NCBI GenBank assembly: GCA_009602725.1
Contig: WELB01000002.1
Span: forward strand, 768,546 to 811,174
Length of the DNA stretch: 42,629 nt
Reading direction: 5' to 3'
Origin: Spirogloea muscicola
Taxonomy: Eukaryota
Notes under the pieces: model-generated
Database searches by the model: none
The model's input: the letters and a program-made list of their open reading frames with translations, nothing else
Told to the model about the DNA's origin: nothing
Program-made: the position numbers and the translations under genes
In this document: in pieces, positions 11,501 through 24,679 of the stretch
Numbering within the stretch: position 1 is the first letter of the stretch
How the letters are laid out: every line of letters starts with the position of its first letter

Positions 11501-13148
11501 CCTCTGCTCGTGTTGATGCTCTTGCAATCTTGAAATAGGACAGATGTACAATCACTACATTCTAAGCCTGTATTCTTAGCCTGTAATTTCGCTGTTGCTG
11601 TCTCTTACTTCAGTCACTACACGGCTCTTGCAGGTGGAGCTGGAGTTTCAAGATCAATCTGCCCAATACGTTGTCTCTCCTCTCCATGCAGCCATTATCG
11701 TTCTCTTTGAAAACACCAAAGAGTATGGCTTTCCTAACCGTGTCACACTTGATTTTGCTGGTCCTCATGAGTTTGATGTGCTTACTTTGGTAGCGGGCTA
11801 CTCTTCAACGAGTGGATGACGAGGACTGCTTGAGATATTGCTACTTATAGCTCCTGTAGAAGCTTGCAGTGCTCACCGTGTGATGCCGCTTGTCCTCATC
11901 AGAGTCTTGTGCTTACATCAAAGTTGGGCTACTCAGAAAGTGGAGGACAAGGACCTGCTTGATTTTCGCGATCCATAGGTCTTGTAGAAGCTCCTGAGCA
12001 CTTGTAAAAGTTACTGAGCTTGTTTATGGTGCAGATGGTCTTTGGCAGACTTAGCCTTCGCTGTCGGTGTCAGCACAGCATCCCTGCAAAGACGAATAGG
12101 CTACTGGCAAAGCCAGGTATGAGAGTTACTGATCGACTCAGAAACTATGTGAATTTTAACTCCAACCTCTTTTCACGTACTATCTACTACATCTGTACCT
12201 GATGCATATGGTGGTCAGGAGTGTCAGACTCTGTGCCACTTCCCTATTGTCCAAAATGCAACCGGCAAGGCAAGCTGCAGCCTGTCCATCTGTTACCCTT
12301 GCACAAAGTGAGGTGGCAATTCGCATCCACCGAGCAAGCTAACACTATTGATGTGTGGCCTTTATGTCTGCTATGTCACTTGAATTTTGTAGGGTGTGTT
12401 GTTTGAGGGGGTAAATTCCTCTGGAGATGTGACATACACGGTGGTTGAGAACCTGGGAGGATCCAAGGATCACGCACGTGGAGGCAGTGGTGCACTTGTA
12501 GAAAGGCGCCACGTAGAGGAGGATGGAGAAGCGGCACTATTGTCCACGGAAAATCAAAGCGAGTCAGACTTTATTGTATACCAGGTAACACAAGCTGGCC
12601 CACCAACTAAAGCTTGCAGGTTTTTCCTGGGTGGTCTCCTCCTTTACGACCTTATAGTAATTTCAGCCACCACCTTGCCAAACAAGCGCCCCTTCTGCAT
12701 CCATGAGATTGCGGCCTTGCCCTATGAAGACGGCCGTGGAGGTACCAAGTCAGTCTAGATTGAGATCCTGAAGTAAGGCATCTTTGCAACTGCAGCAATA
12801 CATCATGGGAATGTTGACAACGTTTGTGGACGGTCTCCCCATTGACAGGATACACAACATGCTCAAGGTGCACATTGCTTGCATTTTTTGGAACTCCTTT
12901 CGCATCAAACATGTTCTTGGATGACTGCTTATTCTGCTGCTCAGCAGTAGTATGGTGTTGCCAGATTTGTTTCCTGGCGGCCTTTGCACCTCGCCTTCCC
13001 ACAGCATGGTGGAGGGCTTTTGGTGCAGATGTTCGTGGCAGACCCTCCATATGACAAGCCCATCCAGCAGCTGCAAGCTTTCCTTGCGAAGCTTGTGGGT
13101 GAGGAGAAGTTGGAGATGAGGGATGGGCTGTACAGGAAGAAGCAATGA
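5582..13148 (+). CDS. APC2: Anaphase-promoting complex subunit 2 (cullin-homology), 18 exons
   Basis: Phase-consistent GT-AG exons: 5582-5701, 5986-6078, 6615-6698, 7020-7260, 7447-7820, 8015-8268, 8490-8561, 8856-9115, 9363-9596, 9715-9906, 10077-10278, 10495-11022, 11245-11364, 11634-11722, 12035-12116, 12393-12584, 12796-12867, 13029-13148. APC2 motifs: LRVAELFDIIVDYPDS-PAIEDL, RLLTAGASTADILHHYVSTI, YLRRRKDTVRCI, WEPDPMEA, ELLKLRFGESNLRNCEVMLRDVADSKRINANI, IVSALFWP, YIMGMLT...RIHNMLKMF. Confidence 0.95.
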
Positions 13149-14854
13149 TGGCTTAAGTGGTGACTCTTGCTCCTGTTCAAAAACATGTCTTCCACTTGTA
13201 GTCGAGCAGAGCAGATGTCATGCAACAATGAGAGGTAATTCAGTAGATAGCTGTAGCAGCATCGATTACACACTGCATCTTATAGGAGATATTGAACAGT
13301 ATGGAGACTTATGACCATGACAAGTTTTGCTACTCTGATCTATGAGACTGAGAGCTGAAGGACAGGCCGAGACATGTCCAGCAAAGTGGTCACTGAGTAA
13401 ACCTCGCACATGCCCAGGTTATTTTGCAGCAAGCCGGTTGTGACGGCTATCCCAAGACAGCGGTGACTGTGGAGTCATCATGTAGGAAAGATTTTGCATG
13501 CCGTGTCCCACCCCTAAACACCAGATGGGTGCCATGTGTCTCTGTACGTCACGCTGCAACGCCCGTAGCACCACCGCCGGTCGTCATCTCCAGCAACCCC
13601 TTGCGCATGCAATATGTGGGCACGATCATCAGCAACAGTCGTCTTTAGCTGTGTGCTTTGTGTCACGGCAAATTCTCTTGAAGAGAATTATCTATCTGAT
13701 ACCCATGATAAGTTTGCAACAAAGCAGAGTACTTCTGCAAGACATGACACTTCAATGCGCGTATCGTGGCTTCTAAGTGAATGTGTCCCAGCACAGCGGT
13801 CGCTGAGTGAGCTCCGCACATGCCCAGGTTATGCAATGCTTTGATGCAATGAGCCGGTTGTGACGGTCATCCAAAGTAAGCACAGGGCAAAAGATGGTCG
13901 TGGCGATGTCCATATAAATATGCCAATTATTATGGTCTCTGGCTTATCTGCTGCAAATTCTTATTTGTGGAATTTCTGATATATTCACGTTGTATTTCTG
14001 GAAGTATGATAGAACCATGTTAGCGTGGGAGAATGAAGATGTTCGTTACAAATACCCACTACCAAATCTTGCACAGTTACCGATGAAAAGTGGACTGTTC
14101 TCTTGAAGCAGTCCAACATCCCAAATGCCTTCTGATAGTCAGTACTAGGTGTTTTATAACTAATGTAAAATGGGGTGTCCACAGGAGCGACCAAACCAGC
14201 ATCCGGGAGTTGGAAGAAATCTTCGGCACTCTCCTTGCTGCAAGCATATCAAGACTTATGACCAGTACGCCCACATGCGTCTAATCCAGCCCCACATGAC
14301 GACATGCCGACCCCTTCCAGGTCAATGAAATTGGCAGTGTCACTGCTATGTCATGATCAGGCTGTCATCTTTGGCTTGGGAAGAAGACAATCAACAATTA
14401 GCTTGCTCCACTGAGTTGTGGCTGACACAACCATGCTCATGTCACATAAAGGATGTTCCTCACAATGCTCATGCCTCTAAAAGCAGGCCCCAGAGGCACC
14501 TTCCTAGATTCTCCTGTAGCTTAGTCCAATTGAGGAATGTGAGGTTGTCTATTCCTGCCGTTGCTCTATACCGACTTATCACTGGTGGCTGCCAGCGTGT
14601 GCCCAACTTGCAGACAGGCGGCTGCACATTCACTGCAAGTATATTGAAACTTGCAAAGCTGCATCAATCAAAGGCTACAGATTACAAGGTGCACTTTGCA
14701 GATGTTAGATCTGCTGTCTTTGTGCCAATACTTCATAGATGTGAAGTCTATCAACTTGCCTAACACATCACCCATGGTCCGCCAGCTAACAGCATCTAGC
14801 CATCTGCTCTGCAATGAACAAGCAAGTCACATGCAACCTGGAGAAGATTAAGAC

Positions 14855-15098
14855 GACCTGAAAGCTGAACCTGAAACCTGGAGTCCTGAAAGCTGGTATA
14901 TGGACCTGGGATCTAGAATCTGGGACCTGAAACCTGTGACCTACGATCTGGGACCTGGGACCTGGGACCTGGGACCTGGGACCTGGGACCTGGGACCTGA
15001 GACCTGGTACCTGGGACCTGGGACCTGGGACCTGAGACCTGGGACCTGGGACCTGGGACCTGGGACCTGAAATTGGGACCTGGGACCTGAGACCTGGG
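14855..15098. repeat. Heptamer minisatellite (GGGACCT)n with a degenerate GAAACCT flank
   Basis: About 20 near-perfect GGGACCT units at 14943-15098 and diverged units from ~14855. Ends ~35 bp past the peptidase stop codon. Confidence 0.95.
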
Positions 15099-15131
15099 AA
15101 TTAGCCAGGTGTATTTGTCAACCGCAGCTAC

Positions 15132-18100
15132 TCATATGCCAGCTTCGAGCAGGGCTTGCCGCATGCAAGGCCTGATGCCGCCATCCTCAGTGCTGATGAC
15201 TCCATCTTCACCGAGCAAGAGTCTGACAATCTCCACAGGATCTCTGGCGCCGCCGTGCCTGAACAGGGCCGTCCTCAAGATCTCCCCTGCTTCTCTATCC
15301 AGTGATTTGCCAGCTAAGTGCCGCTGCCAGATCTGGGAAGCAAAGCACTTGGCATACAGGTAGCTGTAGTATCCTGCCAAACATGCACAACAACCCTGAA
15401 AATGCTTCAATGGAGATTCACATAGGTCAATGACACCGGCAGAGATGAACACAGTCAGCGTGTGGTGGTGATCATTTGTGAAGCCCTTGGAAAGGACTTG
15501 CTGCGCTGCTCACATGGGCCTTACATATCAGGGATTGTTGTTGGGCATGATTGAACTGTCACTGAACAGTTAGTAGCAGCACTCCTGCTCACCTCCACCA
15601 TATCCAACAAGGTGAGAAAAGCGGGTCTGCCAGTGCGTTCCTTCCTCATGCGTCAGGTTGGTATGTTGCTTTTGCAGCTCCACGAGAACAGAAGTCGTGC
15701 TTTCTGCCCTTAGAGGCTGCCGCCCAAATAACTCCTGATCGACAAGGGCGTACAAGACCTGATGATAGTCAACCACACGCACCAACAAGCAGTAAAGGTA
15801 AGGGCGTATTTGAGAATCTCAGTTATATTGACAAAGATCTTGCAATAACTTTGGTCTTGTTTCTTACAGATCAAGCTAGTACTTTTGTCTTGGTGAGTTG
15901 ACCTGGCTTTGAAGGTCATTAGCTGCAAACATGGCCTTTGAGCTCCTCAGACTTGTAACCATGTTCTCCGGAATGACTTCATCTGTTAAATAGTGCCTCG
16001 CAAATCGACACAGAAAGGTATAGTCCCACGCATATAATCTGCATGCAACAATCTGCTCCTTAGTTGCAGAGTAAGTACAATCTCTGATATAGTTGCACAT
16101 GAAATAGGAATCAGTGCACCAAGCTGCTGCATGGACTCACACAGAGGCCCAAATGCGATAGGAACATTAGTTCCATCAACGGCAACTAAGCACCTGCTCT
16201 TGTGTATGTCAAGCAACTATGCTCACTCGATAAGATTCGATGGCGTCTCTACAAAATCCAGGACTCCTCTAGTACCAGAGAGGTGCTGAAATTCCTGCAA
16301 TGAAAAGAAGGGCGGAGCTTCTGACCAGGCTTATCAGCTGCACTGAACCCATATGAGAGATGCAGGTCAAGGAAATGAGCCTGAGTTACTTGGCCAGTCT
16401 TTGCAAGGAAATGGCAGATCAAATCTGGAATCTCCATGCAACCTCACCGTATCGGACAGAAGCGTATGAAGTGCATGACCAAATTCATGGAACAAAGTGT
16501 CAACCTCCATGTGATTTAGTAAAGTAGGGGTATGTCTGCTGGATTGAGGAAAATTGCACACCAAAGCCAAGACCTGTAATGCAGGAAGCAGCTTCGACAT
16601 AGAAGGACATAGAAGGAAATCTTATCCTTACCGCCACCTTTTCAGATATTGGAATTGGAAAACATGAGACAAAAGTCAATTCACTAGAGGTGATTGCATG
16701 AGTCAGGTCTGGCATACTGGAAGTTGCCGCTGAGACGTCCTTGCACCATGTCCACATCGGAGTGTGAAGTGTGCAGAATGACTGAACTTGGTGTTACGAG
16801 GATGGAGGTCTAAGTAAACAACTCCTAGTGGACCCTGAGTACAGAGATAAATCATACAGGGGTCATGAATCCGACAAAAAAACACAATACATCTGCTTTG
16901 ATGACACCAGCCCAGCTTGAGACCTAATAGTATAGGTGACCTTTATCATACATGAGTACTTGATATCAAAATGTTGTCTATGATTTAAGCAGATAGATTC
17001 TTCGCCGTGCAATACCTCATCAGGATGCTGCAGTGTAAATTTTCTCACAGTAGAAGCCCAACCTTCTCCTGGTTGCATGCCCTCTTCTTGTAGACTTATT
17101 TCAAATAGTGAGTCTAAAAGCACGCCCAATCCTCTAATGCAGCTCTCCAATGGGAAGTAGCCAGCGACCACCTTGACCAGCACCCAAATGTCTGTTAGCA
17201 AACTCATATCTTGCAAACATAATAGCTGTCAACAGTCATAAAGAAAGAGCTTCATGTCTACAGCTTGAGAGTTACCCTTGAGTCCAGATTGTGAGCATGA
17301 GCTTTTGCCAGTCCTATGTAGTATGGACGATCCCATGCCCTAAGAACATTGTCCCTGTTTTCGGGCCTGTACTTAGCCAGGGCCTGCAGCTCCTGCATTC
17401 AGTAATTCCAAGTGCAAACAATAGAATTGCCTGCTGCTCAACAAACAGTAGTAGCAGAAAGCACACGAAATTGCTCTGAAGTAAGGGATACGTTGATCCA
17501 GGTTGCACACAGGGTGCAGCCAAGGATCCAGCATTGGGCTTAACTCGATCCTTTCTCAGAAAACTAAGAGTGTGCAGGGTGGCCTGCAGGCCCCCCTCTG
17601 TCTGACTTGTAATGCAAGGTGAGGCATCAGTAGCATCACTGTCAAGCCACAGCATGTCTGCCCAGTGCACACCTGGTCAGCTCTTTGCCTACTTTGTCGG
17701 CTGAGCTCATGGAGAAAATCAAGAACGGCCTTCGATGTCCTGGCCATGAGTGGAGCAACCTGGTAGGCGGCATACGACTCATAACCTAGGAGCTGGAGGC
17801 AAAGAACTTTTGTCAGTCTATGTGTGGTCTTGGCTTGAGCAAGTAATTATTGCTCAGCGATCTAGAACTGAAGCTTGAAGATAAGATGGTGACTGGAGGC
17901 ACGTACTTGAGCGAGTTCGTGTCTAGCATTGATGAGGTCGTCAAGAACACGAAGGTTGCTCCGCGGCGCACTATGGCCTACCATGTAGACTTGCTTCCTC
18001 ACCTACATCAATTCACTGCACTTAGTCAAAAACGCATGACAGGGAACAATCACTGATACTAAGTTCAACCCCTCAGCACATAAGAATGCACTTGATAAGC

Positions 18101-20093
18101 CATTGGCGGCACATCCGATCAGGTATAGCAATAAGCAGGATCGACCTCGGGGTCAGCCACCCACTTGAGAACGGCAGGAACGACCACAGGATCAGTAGGA
18201 ACACAAAGGCCACCCTTCTGACGCACTGCATCTCCTACAGAGGTCCTCAACATGGCCTTGATGCTTTCTGGCAGTGCTCGCAGCTTGGATGCTGGGAAAA
18301 CATCTACTTGACCACATTCGGCAACTATATTGGCATTGAACCTGCACGTCCAGAGAATATCGTCAACCTCTGCCCTGAGAGGTATTCTCATGACAGACTA
18401 GGATAGAGACTGCAGGCACGCAGAGGTTGTTGAGAAGAGAGCAAGAGAGATCAGGATTGACCACCTTCAGCATTCAGCAATCAAAGGAGGTAACAATCGT
18501 ACATGCCACCAAGACTAAGGATGGTTGTCTGAAGCTTGTCAACCCTCTCCATTGTCGTCTCTGGCAGGTGTATGCCCCCACGCTCAAAGTCAAGCTGGAG
18601 CATGGTGGCCACTCTGAATGCTTCACTAGAAGGACTCAATGTGCTTATTGAAGATATGAGGGCAGTGTAGAGGACCTTGGAAGTGTTCAGCTTCTGCAGT
18701 CAAGCAAGCCTGCATCAGGCAGATGCTTCTGGTGCAAAAGAACAAGTGAACCTATGAGGTTGGAAAGAGGATGCACTCAATTGCATTGCAGGTGCTTTTC
18801 TGCCCTCTGTAGTAACTTGCATGAGACCAACCTGCACCAGCGGCAGACACACACACAATGAATCTGCACGAACCTGGATATAGCTCTCTAACCTACCTGC
18901 ACATATTGAGAGAGCTCCATAAATGCTTTGTCGGCTTCCTCAACGTACTCCCTGCTTATGGCAGAGCTGACGAGATTTTCAGAAACTTCAGCTTAAGGAT
19001 TAGCTCTACCAAAAGCACACAGTAGAGAAGAACTGCGCAATGCTCTTATACACAGCCAATATCGGGACTCAGTGGTGCACATGACTGCCTGCTTTGGGCA
19101 ACTCATTCTTTTGCAACTACCACAAATGAGCTGCGAAGTTGACCTACCGGTCACTGTGCACATTGCGGCACAGCTCGGCAGCGTCCAAGACCAGACAGAC
19201 CTGCAAGCATCACCTTGACCAGCTTGGCATATAATCAATGCATGCTCTTCAGCGTAACAAGCAAAAATTGTCCTGAATTGAGGTCGTGCTCAGCTGGTGA
19301 TTGCTGCCTTTGACATCGAATGCGAGCCACTTCTTACAGAATCAAGAGTAACACATGGCACTGCTTCCATCGTTTAAGCGGTGCGAGAGTCATCTTTTGC
19401 ACTCATGCACCACAAGATCTACCAATGCAACCTTACCTAGAGACTCGTCATCATCAATGAGATGAGCTTCTCTGCAGGCTTTCTCTGTCTTGTTGTCGGA
19501 TGCTGATGCAAGGGGCGCGGCTGTCTTCAAGCTGAGACTCTTGAGCAGTGCTCTTACCGTGTTAGATATGTTGTCGAGTTTGCGGACCACTTCCACAGAA
19601 GGCTGTGTGGTACGCACATCCTCTATCAGGCCCTCCGACCTGGAGGCTCCAGCACAATTTTCACCCTCAGCTAGCCAGCAGACCGACAACTTGCTGCTGG
19701 AAGTTGCAGGTCTCGCATCGCTGTTAGCGCCAAGCTGTACTACTATCAATGTCGAGGTCAAGATCAGGATTGAGGGATTGAGGCGGCAGTTAAAGCTCCT
19801 GAAAGCGCGGCAAGGCAGGCGCCGCCAATGCCGGCCTTGTGGCCAGAGCTTGCAGCCGAGCAGTCAGTTGTGTACGCACTTGGCGATGGCGTCCCTGACC
19901 ATGCGGCGGAAGCCCCGGGCCTCGCGCAGCTCCTCGTATCCAAAGAGCCCCGTTCGGGTCGGCCGGCCAGCTGGGGCGCGCTCCGGCGGCGCAGCGGCCG
20001 CCGTCGTGCGCATGCCGCGCCCGCCGCCATGCGCGGCCGCAGCAGNGCGGCCCTCGCCACGGCGGCGACGGGCGCGGCGCGCCCGGCCGCCAT
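15132..20093 (-). CDS. MIPEP: Mitochondrial intermediate peptidase (M3A metallopeptidase, Oct1/MIPEP-like), 16 exons
   Basis: Exons: 20093-19880, 19639-19558, 19200-19148, 18951-18897, 18693-18503, 18341-18146, 18002-17907, 17792-17673, 17392-17276, 17171-17016, 16834-16718, 16573-16448, 16294-16227, 16038-15903, 15758-15593, 15373-15132. Motifs: [58 protein letters not shown], zinc site [43 protein letters not shown]. Exon 1 changes frame at the N at 20046, probably an assembly gap. Confidence 0.93.
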
Positions 20094-20159
20094 GGCTGCG
20101 GCGCCTGCAGTATGCTCACTCGTGGGGGACTTACGTCACACTGTTTCCTTAGCCACCTT

Positions 20160-20280
20160 AGCATAGGGCTTCGCTTCATGTGCCCCAATATTTACACTAC
20201 GATTTCTCTGGCCCTGTGCATCGTATTGGATTGGGTTCGCCACCCTTTCATGTTATACGCACCGCGTGCCTTCCTTCTGT
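20160..20280 (+). repeat. Bipartite ~120-bp dispersed element (GGGCTTCGCTTCATGT...GCGCACCGCGCGCCTTC)
   Basis: Aligns with 30274-30390 at both ends. The core motif also occurs at ~29030, 30877, 32340 and reversed at ~3740-3777. Confidence 0.6.
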
Positions 20281-21412
20281 CTCGGCTGGGAGTCGTTTGT
20301 GGCGTTAAGTGCAGATGCAGATGTTCGTAGATACCCAATCGACAATTTTTTTCGGATTACGGGTTTGCACTGTATCCATGTCAAGTGCTGACTGCGCCGC
20401 CCAAGCGTTTGGTCACGTAGTTGGTTACGGAGATTGCATCAAGTATGGTGCTCTTTGATGCACCGTACTTGGTGATAGGAGCTTCAGCAACCAGATGCTG
20501 TTGGCATGCCCAAGCGCCAGCTGCAGCTGCTTCCCGCTCACCCCGTAAGCTTCTTGCTGCTTAGGCTGAAGTTGCTTCCTCAGCTAAGTGACCAGCAAGT
20601 TGCCCAGCCAGACTGTCGCCTCTCAGGCAGTTGTCACGACTGGACACCTCGAGACACCTCGACTGGACACCGCTTCAGACACCTCTTGAACAAGCTCCTT
20701 GCAGAAGGGGCGACTGTGGAAGGCCAGCGAAAAAGGATGACAAGATCTTCCAAGGGGCCAGAAAGCAACCATGCAGCTACACAATGGTGCCTGTCTCCAC
20801 AGACACCTTAGAGCAGACAACTCATGTGTGGCCCTCCTGTGTACCAATACGAGGCAGCCCTGCAACGTCGTTGGTGTGGTCTGCACTGTGCAGGAGAGTC
20901 CGCCAGTCTGGCAACATCATAAGGCCATGGCTGAGGCAAAGAATGGACTTGCTTGCCAAAGTCGGTGCGGCAAGAAATCTAGCAAGGGAAGCGCGACAGA
21001 CAGGTTGCCGGCCAGATAATTAGTGGCAGCACTTTTACCTGTGCTTGCCCACGACAAGCCACGCACAGCTCACTGCAGCTTTGGGTCTTGCGCCTTGTCC
21101 AGCACTTGATACTGAATCTAGACAGTGTTGAGACTATAATGGCAAATCATTGCTACTTTTAGCGGCAGCAAGATAAGATGCAGATGGGGCGCAACTCTCT
21201 TGGGCTTAAACCAGAGGGGATAATATGGGGTTCACATTGTCCTGCTGTGGTACTTTGACTTCAGTAAGCAGGACATCAATGACTTGCAAGTCGACAATGC
21301 TTCAAATTCAGAGGAGCAAATTTAGAGAAATGCATGAGCAGGACAACGCTGGCGCACGCCCAAGACAGAGGGTGCTGACGACCTCTTCAGACCCACAAAG
21401 TCACTAATGCTG

Positions 21413-24410
21413 TCATTGCAGCTGCACCTTCACCTCCTTGCGATCACAACCAAAAGCCTGGACCCATTTTCACATACTCTTGTCAGCATGCTTCCAGTCG
21501 AAGCTTCCACACGTAGCAGCCACTAATGTTGCCTTTACTTTTCTGCAAGCAGCATACAGTGCGGGTGACAACATTTCCATACCTCAATGCCATCGGCCTT
21601 GAGATAGACATGGCTCCACAACTCATCAGGCTCAGGTGGCGAGCCATCCTGCAGAATGTGCACTCACGTACAGACATATATTAAGGTCAAGCTCGGAAGC
21701 AAAATGTAAGCACCAAAAATGGCATGAAGTACCTCACACTTGCAGTGGAGGCGAGTACCTTGGTCTCATTGACAACAGCATCCACCTCTTTTCTCACATC
21801 CTTCTCAATTGCCTGGCAGCCATGAAAGGTCAAATGAGCTGACAGAATGAAACCACATTGTGCTGATTTCTGCAATCTGCTTATGTCTGCAAGATAAGCA
21901 GTGAGTGTCCATTGTCTCAGCCGAAGAAACACCTGTAATCATGCATCTTCCACAATTACTAGCTGACATCCGTGTGAGCAGTGTGGTCCTGATAAGCTCA
22001 TCACCTTGAGGTCGCTCACGCTCACAATCTCTTTTGCTAGCAGTAGCTTACGGATGCGCTCAATGGGGTCACGCTCCTGTGTTTGTAAAAAGACAAAGTC
22101 CAAACAATGTATGTAGAGCATGAGGGCCAGCATCATGGCAGATGTTGATTTCCTGTGCAGAGCAAAAGCCAGCCAAAGGACCCTACAGGTTCCCTACAAG
22201 ACTTTTCTGACAGGATCACCTGCCGCACGCCGCTGATTTCATCACGGGTGCGATACGTGCTTCCAGGGTCGGACATAGAGTGCCCATGATATCTGTAAGT
22301 ATCCATCTCCAGGACCTGCCCGCAAGTTGCACATGAGAGGTATCACAGATCTCATCGACTTCACAATAATGCAATTCTGAAGAGGCACATCCTTGTCCTT
22401 CGCAGGCGGAAATGCATGCAGCCTCACTAGTCAGTAACACAGTAGTATACAATGGTTAGAACAGTATATTAGCAAGTTGTATCTGCTAGCTGAAGGTCTT
22501 CCAATAATTGCCGCAACATACTATTGGCCCATGCTCAAGAGCATGCTCCTTGGCATACTTGACAGCCTGCTTGACCGCCAGGGCGTCCATGCCATCGACC
22601 TGCATACAAACGAGCATCTTGACAAATTAGCCAGCAAATGGAAGCTCTCCTGGCATCCTAGATATAGTAAGCTGGTCCACGATGTGCTGTGGCACGTTCA
22701 ACGAGCTAGGCTGAAGGAGCTGAGCTTGCTAGCTGCTGACAGTGTTGACAATGTTGACTCTGACCCACTGCAGCATGCATACCTTCAAGCCAGGAATGTA
22801 GTCCCCGCGGCTGAAGTACTCAGGACTCTTCGCTGATCTCCACTCCGCAGTCCCCATACCATCTGCACAACCCACAAAAGCCACCGGAGGCTTCAGGATC
22901 AGTGACGCACTAGCAGGAAAGCAAAAGTTGCAGTGGTCGAAGGATTATAACCAGCCAATAGAGAAAGTCTTACTGCATTACAGGTATGACGAGCACAAAC
23001 TTCCGCTTCATGTCTAGGTCTCCCAAGTCAAGATGCTCACAGTGGTTGTTTTCACACACGTAGATTACAGGGAGATCCCAAAGAGCTGAGATGTTCATGG
23101 CCTCGAAGAGCTGCCCCTGGTTGGCCGCGCCGTCGCCATACAGGGCCATCGTCACGCCCTTGACTTTGCTATACTTCTGGCCAAAAGCCAATCCAGCACC
23201 AAGCGGAGTCTGCAGAGATATGCATCAAGAACTGACATGTCAGAGCACTGAGAACTTTGCATTTTGGTCACTCAGATAAAGAGTAGGTGCAGTAGGAAGA
23301 AGCCTCCAAGGCTGACCGCAGCCTGGCGGGCGCAACGGCTAGCCTGTTGAAGGCTGGCTTGTGCTTTGGTAGCAGCTGCAAACCTGCGCTCCTACAATGC
23401 CGTTGCCACCGTAGAAGTTGTTCTTCTTGTGGTACATGTGCATGGAGCCACCCTTCCCAAGCGAGCAGCCGTCCTTGTGGCCCATCAGCTCGGCCATGAC
23501 TTCCTTGACGGTGCCCCCGCGGCCAAGGTGGGTACAGTGATCCCGGTAAGCCGTGATGATGCAATCGTCATAGTTGAGTGCCGCCTCCATGCCAACGCAC
23601 ACTGCCTCCTGCCCGTCGTACAGGTGGCAGAAGCCCCGGATGAACTTGCTCTTGTAGAGGCTGTCGGCAGCAATCTGGCGGGACAATGCAGCAGCAGTCA
23701 ACATATCGACACAACGCAAATGGATACCGAAATGTTGACAAGCACCAGCCAATGCACACATGCGCCTGCCAACCATTGCAGGCCTGTTGCCGCTGGCAGG
23801 CACGCCAGCCCGCCGGGCAGGGCGACCAGCCGCCGCGTCTCGGCTGGCAGCTGAAGCTGACTCACAGGAAGAGGAGCTGCAACCCCAGCTCAAGATAGCT
23901 GCCGAGAAACTGATGACAGGGCGGTCATGCTGTGCAACGGACCTCCATGCGGCGCATGCGGAACATGTCGGTGAAGAACTTCACGAGCTCCTTCGGCGAC
24001 GTCTCCACGGCCTGCGGCGGCACCTCGATCTTGTGCCCCTTGAACGGCACTGGGATGTCGACTGCAGCAACACGCCACCGCCACCGCCAGCCGTCAGAGC
24101 TGCCGAGAATACGGACGTGAAACACGCCATCGAAGAAGAGTGGCGGCTGAGTCCGGCGCGAGCACACTGAGCTCGTGCCGTCGCCGTGCTGCGGCTACCC
24201 CCGTCTCGAGTGGCTCGGCCGACCTCTGCCGCGAGCCGGGCAGGCAGCGGCCGCCCTCTCCAGGCTCTCTGGACGTCGAGAGACGTCAGAGCGCTTGCTG
24301 CTCCGAGGGCGGCGGCGATCACCCGTCAAGGTGGTATCGTCGTCGGCAGCAGCAGCTGCGAAGGCCCGGCGGCCACCGCACGCCCCGGCGGCCGCGCCGG
24401 CGCCGCGCAA
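21413..24410 (-). CDS. PDHA1: Pyruvate dehydrogenase E1 component subunit alpha, mitochondrial type; start codon uncertain
   Basis: Exons: ~24410-24323, 24061-23943, 23674-23384, 23209-23041, 22862-22783, 22599-22522, 22315-22220, 22076-22005, 21812-21759, 21648-21583, 21457-21413. Motifs: [50 protein letters not shown]-binding [10 protein letters not shown]...[27 protein letters not shown]-terminal [10 protein letters not shown]. Confidence 0.95.
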
Positions 24411-24441
24411 GGCTTCCTCCTGCAGGTCCGCCCTTTTGCTC

Positions 24442-24443
24442 CG

Positions 24444-24481
<38 letters not shown>

Positions 24482-24498
24482 GGCGATGGCGGCGGCGA
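24442..24498. repeat. (GGC/GCC)n trinucleotide tract upstream of the PDH E1 alpha coding region
   Basis: Direct inspection. A CCAAT box (reverse, ~24569-24573) and a GGTCCCAC TCP-type site (reverse, ~24522-24529) lie just upstream. Confidence 0.85.
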
Positions 24499-24679
24499 CG
24501 GAGCGGGAGCGGCTGCTGAGTGTGGGACCGGCTTTCGTCTGCAGCTGCCCGACCATGCTCGCCCCATCATTGGCCAGTCATTGTCCGCCTGCAGACCCTC
24601 AGCCCAACTGCCGTCGTCGTGCCTCTCAAGCCCTTGAAGAGTCGCTGATGGCCAAGGTCACTGAATCAGCGATCCTTGG

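Noticed and set aside
13985..14850. ORFs in the APC2-peptidase spacer
   Set aside because: Short, with no recognisable motifs.
20040..20050. Frameshift in peptidase exon 1 as a pseudogene mark or programmed frameshift
   Set aside because: It coincides with a single N in a GC repeat, so it is most likely a gap placeholder. All 15 downstream exons are intact.
20445..21023. Small + strand gene between the peptidase and PDH genes
   Set aside because: A GT-AG intron can be drawn, but the product is short and unrecognisable, so support is insufficient.
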